DNA of 64,000 nt from Azolla caroliniana (Eukaryota > Plantae > Polypodiophyta). Made by a program: the position numbers and the translations under genes. The notes under the pieces were generated by a model, which worked only from the letters and a program-made list of their open reading frames with translations, made no database searches and was not told the DNA's origin. How positions within the stretch are numbered: the stretch's first letter is position 1; every line of letters begins with the position of its first letter. Shown in pieces: positions 22,693-34,200 of this stretch. The DNA is taken from assembly GCA_043228905.1 (NCBI GenBank), contig JBHGNT010000007.1, positions 12,338,001 through 12,402,000 of the forward strand, written 5' to 3'.

Positions 22693-25600
22693 GTCCAGCC
22701 AAAATAGGAGCCGTTTGGTTGGACAGCCCTAGATCTGTGCAACCCATTAGTGGTTCCATTCCCTCTAAGCAAGTTAGTGATGTGTTCGTAGCCCAAGTAA
22801 TAGTTAGTACTAAAAGTACCCCTCCAGTACATGTCCTAGCACTCCTAGATTCCGGAGCTAACTCTTGCTTTATGGATAAGAAATTTGCTCAAGCTCATAA
22901 GATATCCCTAAGAAAACTCCAGTGTCCAGCCTCTGTAGTAGTCATTGATGGACGTCCTATTGCTTCCGGAAATATCATAGAAGAGTCAGAGCCCATTAAT
23001 ATTGTCCTAGATAACTTAGCATGTGTAGTATCATTTAATATTATTTGTATCCCAGAACATCCCATAGTTTTAGGATTACCGTGGTTCGAGTTCCATAACC
23101 CAGACATAGATTGGAGAACAAGAGAAATCCGGTGTCGACAAACCCAAGGGTCAACTTAGAAGATGGCAACCATTTCGCTATGTTAGTTGCGTAAAGAAGG
23201 GCGCAAGGAAGAAATGTTCCTCTTTGCAATATCAGTAAACCCCTCCAGCACCACTAAAGAAGAATCCACCGTTCAACTTCCCGAGAAGTATTGTCATTAC
23301 ATCGATGTGTTCGATAAAGTACAAGCCAACACACTTCCTCATCATCGACCGTACGATTGCCCCATCGATTTACAACCGGGAAAAGAGCCGCCATGGGGAC
23401 CGATCTACAATTTGTCACCAACCGAGCTGGAAGTCCTTCGGGCCTATATAGAGGAGAATTTGGAAAATGGTTTCATTCGGCATTCGAAATCTCCAGCTGG
23501 CGCGCCCATTTTCTTCGTCAAGAAAAAGGATGGATCTCTTCGTCTCGTTGTAGATTACCGTGGCCTGAATAAGGTTACAATCAGGAATATGTATGCTCTT
23601 CCCCTTATCTCAAGTCTTTTAGAATGGATCAATGGTGCCAGGTTCTTCACGAAGATCGACTTACGGGGAGCATATAACCTCGTACGGATCCAACCAGGAG
23701 ACGAATGGAAGACCGCGTTTCGCACCAGATATGGGCACTTCGAGTATACGGTCATGCCGTTCGGCCTCATTAATGCGCCGACAGTCTTTCAGCACATGGC
23801 TAATGATATATTCCGAGATCTATTGGATGATTGTTTGATCATCTATTTGGATGATCTACTGGTTTATTCAAAGACCCAAGAAGAACATGATTCTCATGTA
23901 CTATTAGTACTAAAACGACTTCGAGAACATGGTCTGTATGCAAAGCTGGAAAAATGTAGTTTCGGGTGCAACCAAGTGGAATTTCTCGGGTACATCATTT
24001 CGTCAAAAGGCATCTCCATGGACCCAGCTAAGGTCAAAACAGTGGTAGAATGGCAAACTCCGTGTTCGGTGCGGGATGTGCAATGCTTCCTAGGCTTTGC
24101 CAATTTTTACCGGAAGTTCATACAAGATTACTCAAAGATCGTTCTACCTCTCACACAACTTACCAGGAAGGGACAACCGTTCATCTGGTCTGAAGAAACG
24201 GACATGGCTTTCGAGAGTCTTAAAAAGGCATTTACATCGGCTCCAATTCTAGCTCATGTCGATCCGGAAAAACCATTCATTATCGAAGCTGACGCATCGG
24301 ATTTTGCATTGGGGAGCATTCTGTCACAACAGGGGAATGATGAGAAGCTACATCCTGTGGCTTTTCACTCACGCAAGTTTGACGCCGCCGAAATCAACTA
24401 CGAAATTCATGATAAGGAGCTATTGGCAATAGTGGATTCTCTTATGCAATGGAGGCATTTTCTAGAGGGATCCTCTCATCTGGTCACTGTATTTATTGAC
24501 CACAAGAACCTTGCCTACTTTTAGGATGCTCGTGTGTTGAATCGACGTCAAGGTCGGTGGGCCCACTTCCTCACGCGTTTTGACTTCAAAATTACATATC
24601 GTCCGGGGAAGCACCAAGGGAAGGTAGATGCATTATCACGACGTTCGTATCTAGCACCCCGTCCCGGCGAGCCAGCTTTCGATAACCAAAAACAAGTCAT
24701 CTTGGGACCGGCATGACTACAAGCAACACAGATCTTTGACATGCCCTTGGATTCCCGCGTTATCGATACCATACGCGAAGACTTGAAGACAGATGCGTTC
24801 GCCCAAGCTATACTAGCACAAATTGATCCCTCTCGAGCGTCGTGTTCACAGTCGCAACCACCAGGTACGGACTATCGGCAATTCAAATACCATGATGAAT
24901 TACTCTTCTTTAAAGAACTTTTGTATGTTCCTAATGGTTCTTGCCGCCTTCAAGTAGTACAAAACTGTCATGACACATATACAATTGGGCATTTTGGTAG
25001 TACTAAAACATTACATTTAGTACAACGATCATTCTGGTGGCCCTGTATGTGACAATTTGTCGAGGATTTTGTTCGGACTTGTGATACATGCTGCAGAGCG
25101 AAAATGCCAAGGCATCATCCATATGGTTTATTAGAACATTACCAATTCCAAGCAAGCCGTGGCAATCTATTGATCTAGACTTCATCACAGATCTTCCAGT
25201 CTCTAAGGGGTTCAATGCGATTCTAACGGTGGTTGATCGATATATGAAGATGGCTCATTTCTTGCCATGTACTAAGGAGATCTCTAGTGAAGACACTGCC
25301 GAAATTGTCATGCGTGAAGTATGTCGGCATCATGGACTTCCTGATAGTATCATCAGCGACCGTGGACCCCAGTTCGTGTCAAAATTCTGGAAGCACCTTT
25401 TTAACATGCTCAAGGTCACTTGTAACCTCTCCTCCGGCTACCACCCCCAAACCGATGGCCAAGCTGAACGAACCAATCAAACACTGGAGCAGTATCTGCG
25501 GTGCTTTCTCAGCTATCATCAGGATGATTGGGCAGATATTCTCCACTTCACCGAATTTGCGTATAACAACTCTATCCACGCATCCACTAAAGTTACGCCA

Positions 25601-26275
25601 TTTTATGCTTATACGGGATGTCACCCCCGGTGGTGTGTACTTGAAACCCTAGAGGTGTCCACAAATCCTTGCGCAGAAGATCGTTTGGAGAGGTTACGCA
25701 AGATACAAGCAGATGTATCTACTCACCTCCAACAAGCTCAACAAACACACAAGGTTTATGCGGATCGTCATCGACTCCCATCTAGTTTTAACATTGGAGA
25801 TCGGGTATGGCTACTCCGACGACACATCAAGACCACTCGCCCATGCGAGAAGTTGGATTATCGGCGATTAGGTCCTTTCCGTATTATAGGAAAGATTAAT
25901 GATGTCACTTTTCGTCTTGATCTACCTCCACAACTTCGGATACATCCGGTGTTTCATAGTTCTCTCCTCGAACCCTATCAAGAGAGCACCATCCCAGGAT
26001 GTATTACACAGCCTCCACCCCGGATCGAGCTTGAAGATGGACCTGAGTACGAGGTTGCCGCCATCCTTGATTCCAAGCTTGTTCGCAACAAGCTCTACTA
26101 TCTAGTCGATTGGCTAGGATATAGTCCCAGTGAGCGTACTTGGAAACTGATAGAGAATGTCACCAATGCTCGTGCTCTTCTTGAAGACTTCCATCGTCAA
26201 TATCCAGACAAACCGGGTCCTCAATCCAAAACGACTCGTTACACTCGTCGTTTTAAAGGGGGGATAGTGTCATGA
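22680..26275 (+). pseudogene. Chromovirus Pol (-1 frame relative to gag) with four stops and one frameshift
   Basis: LLDSGA, LRLVVDYRGLN, YLDD, EADASDFA, DFITDLP, SDRGPQF, HPQTDGQAER, GPF, chromodomain EYEVAAILDSK...YLVDWLGY..RTW. Confidence 0.93.
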
Positions 26276-26884
26276 TATGGCAAGACTCGAACCCATGACC
26301 TTATGCTACATGGGTCGAGCTCTTGACCATTAGACTATACATTGTAATACGTAGAATATTATTTTCATTTATGTTTTATTATAGAAAATTGATGTATATT
26401 CCAGATTTCTCTGGAACATTCTAGAAACTTCAGGAGTATTCCTTAGAACACTATAAAAGGAGGCACAAGGCATTATTTCGAACCAAATCGGTTCAACGCC
26501 AGTCTTAAGCCTCCTAGCTACTGTACATTTTCTTCACATAATATATATCTTTTCTTATCATCACTCTCTCTCTCTCTCGATCTCTCTCTCCCTCCTTCTC
26601 ACTCACTCTTTCCTTCTCTCGAGAGTTCTTCACCTCTCTTAGTACTAATTCCTTCTCTATCTTAGTACTGTTCCTGACATAAATGGGTTGACGTAACACT
26701 TTTCATTGTGACCGTTCAAAATCTCGAAGGATATCTTCTTCTTCTTTTCTTTCGTACTATTATTATCATGATCATTTTTTTGTTTTTTTTTTCTCGTACT
26801 GCCTAAGCATTTGAATCCCCACACTGAGTACTGTTGGGTCATCCGCTAGTACCCAGTTGTACCGGCTCTGTTGTTGTCGAACAT

Positions 26885-28167
26885 TCACCGGTCCTCGGTC
26901 CTTCTCTGACTCTTTGGGTTTGTTGTTACTCTAGTTCTCTGAACGGGTTCACCGGCATCGGTCATGTGTAAGGTTTCAGCCAAAAACCGTTTACCCATTT
27001 CTTTAGTATTTCCCCGGCTAATGTCCCAAGTTGGTAGGATCCCTTGAACTCCCTTGTGATCTAGAACGGTCCGGTCCACCAGAACCACAACTTCCCAAGC
27101 ATGGTTCCCATCCGGGTTTGAAACACTAATACCGGCTTGCCGATGCCGAAGTCCTTCTTGTCGCCTCGCTTGTGCCAGTCCACAAAAGCTTTCTGTCGTC
27201 GTTCCTCGAGCTCCAATTGCAACAAACTAACTATCCAGTGTTCCTCTAATTCACACAATGTCGCCAACCGAACCCTTTTGGATTCCTTCTCGCTCAATCT
27301 CTCCTAGACTTGTCCGGATACTCGTTTTATACGTCGTCCCGTAAGCCCATAGTGCGCTGGGTAATTTGGTGGCCCAATCTGTCAGGTTCTCATAAACAAT
27401 TTTCTGGAAGATGTTTTGAAGCATCTTGTTTGTTGATTCAGCCAATCTATTTGCTTGCAGATAATATGGCATGCTTCGTTTGTGAACCACCTCATAGAAT
27501 GTCGTGAGGCTCTCCACAACGTGGCCAAGGAAATGTCCTCCCTGGTTGCTAATAAGCTCGATCGAGCACCCATATCGGCACCATATATACTCGTATAGAA
27601 ACTTAGCCGTCGATGCCACGGTGTTGTTCTGAAGTGCCTTTGCCTCCACCCATTTAGTGCAATAGTCTGTGGCTACTATAATATACCGGTTCCTGGTACG
27701 CATTGTCGGTGGCTTGAATGATTCCACAAAATCTAACCCCCACTTTTAGAAAGGTTCTAACGACAGGACCGGTTGATGTGGCATTCGAGCCTTCTCTGTT
27801 GCTTGACCTAATCAATGGCATAGGTCACACTCTTTGTAGTAACGGACTGCGTTTTTGAGAGTTGTTGGCCACTATAACCCACTTTGCCATATTTTCTAGG
27901 TGGTGCCATCTCCAGCATAGTGCCCTCCGGCCACTCTACAGTGAGCCTTGCGTAATATTGCTTCTTTCTCGTCACTCCTCACTGCGCGTCGCCAGATACC
28001 GTCGACTCCCTTATGGTACGGTGTATCCTAAACAAAGCAAAAATGTCGGCTTTGGACTGCAAGGCGTTTGCGTTCATCCCTAACAAATAATGACGGTACT
28101 TCGTGGCACTGTATACCATCCCCAAAGCTTCTCTTTTTGTTATGGAATAATTCCGTTCAGCTTTCAA
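26885..28167 (-). mobile_element. Non-chromovirus Gypsy RNase H/integrase remnant
   Basis: AERNYSITKREALGMVY; GLDFV..YIIVATDYCTKWVEAKAL; SNQGGHF; QANRLAESTNK; WTGPF. Confidence 0.85.
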
Positions 28168-28240
28168 TGTAACTAATTAGCTACTGCCAATCTAAAGTCA
28201 ACAACTAATTAGCTAAGCAATATCAAGAGTGGTAACTAAT
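28168..28240. repeat. Left half of a palindromic (T)AGCTAATTAGCTA motif array split by Copia-3 (right half 37666-37761)
   Basis: CTAATTAGCTA motifs at about 28173, 28205, 28236/37666, 37699, 37732 and 37751. Confidence 0.7.
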
Positions 28241-31200
28241 TGTAGAAACGAATAACATGCGGAAGTAATAGAAAACCTAACACAGAAACGCAGGTTTAAT
28301 GGAGAGCTTGATAGTACGCAGGAGAGACAGAGAAAGAGCAGAACAAGTTAAATCTATTACAAAACAATAATAGTTCTCTGTACATCGTATGTGTTCAGTG
28401 AACATTTTTATACAAGTCCATACAGACTGATAGAAGTACAGTGTACTTCAATGCTCACTCGAGCGTCTGACACTAACTACGAGACTATTAACTACCTAAC
28501 AGTCTAGGCTACTACTAGGCTTCCGGTTACTGTTTGATCCGGCTACCGGCTCCCCAACTCACCGACTCAATTGCTCGTTAGCTCGTTGATCCACCTCACC
28601 GATCCGGCTTCATCCTTCCGGATATTTATCCGGCTCAGGCTTATTCAGCCGATCCGGATTCGGTTGAGCTTGCCGCTCAACACTCCCAATCAAGCTCAAC
28701 TTGAGGTCGGATCGTGGTGTCAGTCTCCATGGCAGCCGGTCCTTCCACCCGGCTCCTTCTGGCATCACTCCGCCTTGAACGCGCTCCTCGTCCGGTCTGG
28801 TCCTGTTTGCCGGGACGCTTCTGATTTTGCACACCTCAACCTCCTGGGTCGGCTTGTTTGCTCAATAGGCCCAATTCAGCTCCCTCGTTGCTATGACTTT
28901 GGCTCTTGTCGATTCGCCGATTCCTTCGTGTTGGCGTCGACTTTCGCTGCCTTCTTGTCCTCTTGGCCTTGAATTGATCCGGTTCTTCCGAATCCGTTTG
29001 TTGAACCTGTAAAGGATTACTTGCGGAAGCGTTAGAAAACAGAGAATGTAGGGAATACACAGAGTACACGGGAGAGACAGAGAGAGCAGAAGATAAAAAC
29101 TATATTCAAAAAAACAATATAATCACTCTGTACATACAACTGTGCTCAATAACACTATTTATACAAGTCCTCGTGGGATTGAAAGAAGTACCGCGTACTT
29201 CAATGCTCACACGAGCTTTTGACACTTACTACGAGACTATAATTTCCTAGAAGTCTAAACTAACACTAGGCTTTCGGTTACCGATTGGATCTGGCTAACC
29301 GGCTCCCCAGCTCACCAGCTCTGTTGCCTGCCGGCTCGGTTGCTCACGGCTTACTGATCCATCTCACCACATTAGACCACGTCCGGGTCTTGGCCTTCTT
29401 ACTTCGGTCAGCTCTGTCCTTCTTGACTCTGCCACCTTCTGTTCTTCCCTCACTGGCGCAATCGGCAGTCTCTTTGCCTTTGCCCGTTCTCCCACTCAAG
29501 TGTGGCATGTCGAGATGCTGAACACCAAGCATTTCGGTGAAGTGCTGCAACTTGTCCGATCCGAGTGGTTTGGTGAAGATGTCGGCAACTTGCCGATTCG
29601 TGTGAACATACTGAAGTTCCACCTCACCGCTCAGGACACGCTCACGCACGAAGTGATAGTGCACTTCTATGTGCTTTGTGTGAGCATGGAATACGGGGTT
29701 CTTGGCGAGCTGCATGTTGCTGATGTTATCACAATAAATCGGGATTCAGGTTGGTACTTCGATCTGCAAGTGTCGCTGCAGTCGCCGAAGCCAAATGGCT
29801 TCACAGGTGGCAATGGTAGCACCCCGATACTTAGCCTCAGTGCTCGACAGAGCAACTGTTGGTTGCTTTTTGCTGCTCCACGCAACAGCTGCGCTACCAA
29901 GGGAAAACATGTAACCAGAGGTTGATCGGCGATCTGATGCATTGCCGGCCCAATCGGCATCTATGTAACCGACGAGCGCTTCGGTTATACCTAGCCGGTA
30001 TAACAGTCCCCGGTCCTTCGTGCCGCTGACATACCGCAATATCCGTTGCGCACACTAACGGTGCTCCACGGTCGGCTTCCGCATGAACTGACTTATCATT
30101 CCGACCGGATAGCTGATCTTGGGTCGCGTGATAGTCAAGTAAATAAGGCTTCCGACAATTTGTTGGAACTGTTGCTCGTTGCAGGCCGGTCCGGAGTTGG
30201 GACGAAGCTTTTGGTTCCGGTCCAAGGGTGTGGATACAGGCCGGCATTCTGTCATGCCGAACTTGTACAACATATTCAAGATGTAATGTCGTTGTGAGAG
30301 CAATATGTCGTCCAGGGTTCGGATCACCTCGATTCCTAGAAAATAATGAAGGTCCCCCAGATCCTTCATCTCAAATGCGTTCGACAATTGGGACTTGACG
30401 CGGTTGATTTTCGGAACACCCGGTCCGATGATGACGAGATCATCAACATACAACAGTATACATACCGGACTGACTGAGCCTTGCCGGATGAACAATGAAG
30501 AGTCCGATTTGGAGGCCACAAACCCCATCTTACGCAACCAGTGCGTGAGCTTCGCATTCCAAGCTCGAGGGGCTTGATTCAGGCCGTTCAACGACTTCTT
30601 CAGCCGGCATACTGCCGACTTGTTCATCTCTGATTGAAAACCAGGAGGCTGAGTCATAAAGACTTCTTCTTCAAGATCGCCTTGAAGAAATGCATTCTTC
30701 ACATCGATCTGATGAAGATGCCACCCCCTTGCTGCAGCAACCGCCAGCACCACTCGAACCGTCTTCATCTTCGCTACAGGAGCGAAGGTCTCGTCGTAGT
30801 CGATTCCGTGGGTCGGCGTGTATCCCTTCGCCACTAACTGGGCTTTATACCGGTTAACAGAACTGTCGGCGTTGTACTTTACCTTGTATATCCACTTGCA
30901 TTTGATCGGTTTATAGTGACGAGGAGGGTCAACCAGGTCCCATGTCTTGTTGAGATCAAGGGCCCACATTTCTTCCTCCATAGCGGCACGCCAATTTGCA
31001 TCCTTGGCCGCTTCTACGTAGCTCTCCGGCTCACGCACTTCCGCCACCTTAGTCATGTATGCATAGTGATGCGCCATGTACTCATTGTACCCGTACCGCT
31101 TGAGGGGATCCTTCTGGCGGGTGGACCGGCGTAACTCACCGTTACCCGGTTTGAGGCCCTTCTTGGTCGGTTCAGTCTTCGTTGCCGAAGATCCGCCTTT

Positions 31201-34200
31201 CTCCTTGCCGGAGTCGGACGTACACCGATCCGACTCATCGTTGCCGGTTTTGAATTCCGACATCTTCTTCTTCCCCTTCTCTTTGCGAGTGAACCGTCTC
31301 CTCGGTTCCTTGCACGGGGAGTGCACGGCAGAGTCTCCACTACAAACCGGTTCCTCATCGGACTGGTCAGATTGACTCAGTCTCTCGTTCGGCCCACTCA
31401 ACCGGAACGATTCCGGACTCTCATCCTGAGTCCACGCTTCATCATCCTCTACATGGGCCGGTTCAGGCTCACTAGCCTCATCCACCGGCATTGGGTCAGA
31501 TTCGGAAGTCGGAGTCGGTAAGGAGTACCACGATGCCGATTCATCAAACTCGACATCTTGACTAACTCAGACCTGCTTTGTCTTGGGGTTATAACACTTA
31601 TAACCCTTTTGCTCTTGAGCATAGCCGACTAGGATGCATTTTTCCGATTTTGCATCCAGCTTCCTCCACTTCTCATCCGGTACATGCACATATGCAATGC
31701 TACCGAAGATCTTAAGGTGTCTCAAATTCGGCTTCCGCCCGAAATACAGCTCGTGAGGTGACACCTTGTCACCGATCCGGTTCTAGATGTAGATAGCCGT
31801 TCGGATTGCCTCCGCCCAGTAGAATTTGGGCATGCTCTTCTCCTCCAGCATTGCCCTTGCCGCATCAATAAGTGACCAGTTCTTCCTCTCGGCAACACCG
31901 TTCTATTGCGGTGTGTATCTGCAGCTGAACTCTTGCCGAATTCCCATTTGCTACTGATAATTGTTGAATTGGCTGGAAAAGTATTCTTTCCTGCCATCCG
32001 ACCGCAGGCATTTGATCTTCCTCTCCGATTCCCGTTCCACCATGCTTTGGAGACTCTGGAAACACTTGAAGACTTCACTCTTCCACTCGATGAGGTAGAT
32101 CCATGTGTGCCGCGTATAGTCGTTGATGAAGGAGACGAAATATCGACTCTTGCCAAGACTAACATTCTGTGCCGGTCCCCACACATCCGAATGGATTAGG
32201 TCAAGCTTGTTACGGCTCCGGTTACATTCGGTAGGGAATGGAAGCCGATGTTGCTTCCCGAGTTGGCAAGCTTCACATACTTGGGCCTTCCGGCCGTTGA
32301 ACTTCGGCAAACTAAAAACAACTTGTTTCGTTTGCAGGTCTTGAAGCCTCTGGTAATTGACGTGGCCTATCCGCTTGTGCCACAGGTCGATGTCCGATTC
32401 GACCTTCTGTCCTTTTGCAAACAGAGTGGTGCCAACGTCATTGGTGTCGAGCATAAACATCCTCCCGTCTTGCATCCCCTGGTCGACGATCTGTCCGACC
32501 GACACTAGGTTCTTCGTGATTGTCGGAACGTGTAATACGTTCATCAGCTTCCCCTTCTGTTTGACGTGGCTGAATGGGACTTCTTCGACGTGCACGATTG
32601 GGTGAGGAGTGTCGTCTCCGGTTTCGACTACTCCTGGTTGATCCGGTTTTTCCAAAAAGGAGAACCACTCTTTGTGGCTTGTCATGTGGTTCAATGCACC
32701 AGAGTCAACATACCACACTTCCTCCAATTTGGAAGTGGTCTTCTTCATCGAGTTCGCCTCGTGCTTCATCACCAAGGCTAGCCCGTTACCGTTCTTGGAT
32801 CCTCCTAATCCCTTCGCGTAGTGCGAGCTTTGCCGGCCATCCTTGCCGGCCTTGCCGGATCCGGATTTGTCCGAATCGGCTCGTTTTCTCCAGCACTCAC
32901 TTTCTCTGTGGCCCTTTTTGCCACAGTACCAACATTCCGTTGCTGACTTCTCTTGCCGTCTTCCGGTGTCGCCATGAATCCCCCTGCCTGTGGGAGTCCC
33001 AGAACTACTGTCGGCACGTTCTATGTGCCTTCGTTCTTGCTCTTGCTAGCCGCCTCCATTGCGTGCCGACCCGCCTCGTCTAGTTGGCACCTTGATCCGT
33101 AGGTCTTGCAACAGTCGCCGAAGCCAAACGGCTTCACAGGAGGCAATGGTAGCGCCCCGGTATTCAGCCTCAGTGCTCGAAAGGGCCACTGTTGGCTGCT
33201 TTTTGCTGCTCCACGCAACAACCGCGCTACCAAGGGAAAACATATAGCCGGAGGTGGATCGGCGATCCGATGCATCGCCGGCCCAGTCGGCATCGGTGTA
33301 GCCGACTAGCTTTTCAATTATACCATGCCGGTATAACAGTCCCCCGTTCCTTCGTGCCGCTCACATATCGCAAAATTCAAAACGCGCACAGAAGGTGCTC
33401 CACGGTCAGCTTATGCATATATTGGCTTATCAGACTGACTGGATAACTGATGTCGGGTCGGGTGATTGTCAAATATATGAGGCTTCCGACAATTTGTCGG
33501 AACCGCTTCTCATCGTTGGTTTGTCTGGAGTCTGGACGGAGCTTCTGGTTCCGGTCCAGGGGTGTGGAGATCGGTCGGCATTCTGTCATGCTGAACTTGT
33601 ACAACATATTCAACACATAGTGTTTTTGTGAGAGCAATATGCCGTCGGGGGTTCGGATCACCTCGATCCCAAGGAAATAGTGAAGGTCCTCCAGGTCCTT
33701 CATCTCAAATGCGTCTAACAATTGGGACTTGACTCGGCTGATTTCATCAAGTCCGGGTTCGGTGATGACTAGATCATCAACATACAACAAGATGCAAACC
33801 GGACCATCCGGACCTTGCAAAGATGAACAACAAAGAGTTGTACTTGGAGGCCACAAACCCCATCTTACGCAACTAGTGCGTGATCTTCGCATTCCAAGAT
33901 CGGGGGGCTTGCTTCAGGCCATAAAGTGACTTCTTCAGTCGGCATACCGCCGACTTGTTCATCTCTGACTGGAAACTGAGGGGTTGGATCATAAAGACCT
34001 CTTCTTCAAGATAACCTTGAAGAAATGCATTCTTCATGTCCATCTCGTGAAGATGCCACCCCCTTGCCGCAACAATCGCGAGCACCACACGAACCGTCGT
34101 CATCTTCGCTACAGGAGCGAAGGTCTCATCGTAGTCGATTCCATGGGTCTGCACGTATCCCTTCGCCACTAACCGGGCCTTGTACCGGTTAAAGGAACCA

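Larger units (their letters stand above)
21038..26679 (+). mobile_element. Full-length Ty3/Gypsy chromovirus (Tcn1-like)
   Basis: LTRs 21038-21467 and 26268-26679. Perfect TSD TAAAT. PPT AAAGGGGGGGATAG. Order gag-PR-RT-RH-INT-chromodomain. No TGG tRNA PBS. Confidence 0.97.
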
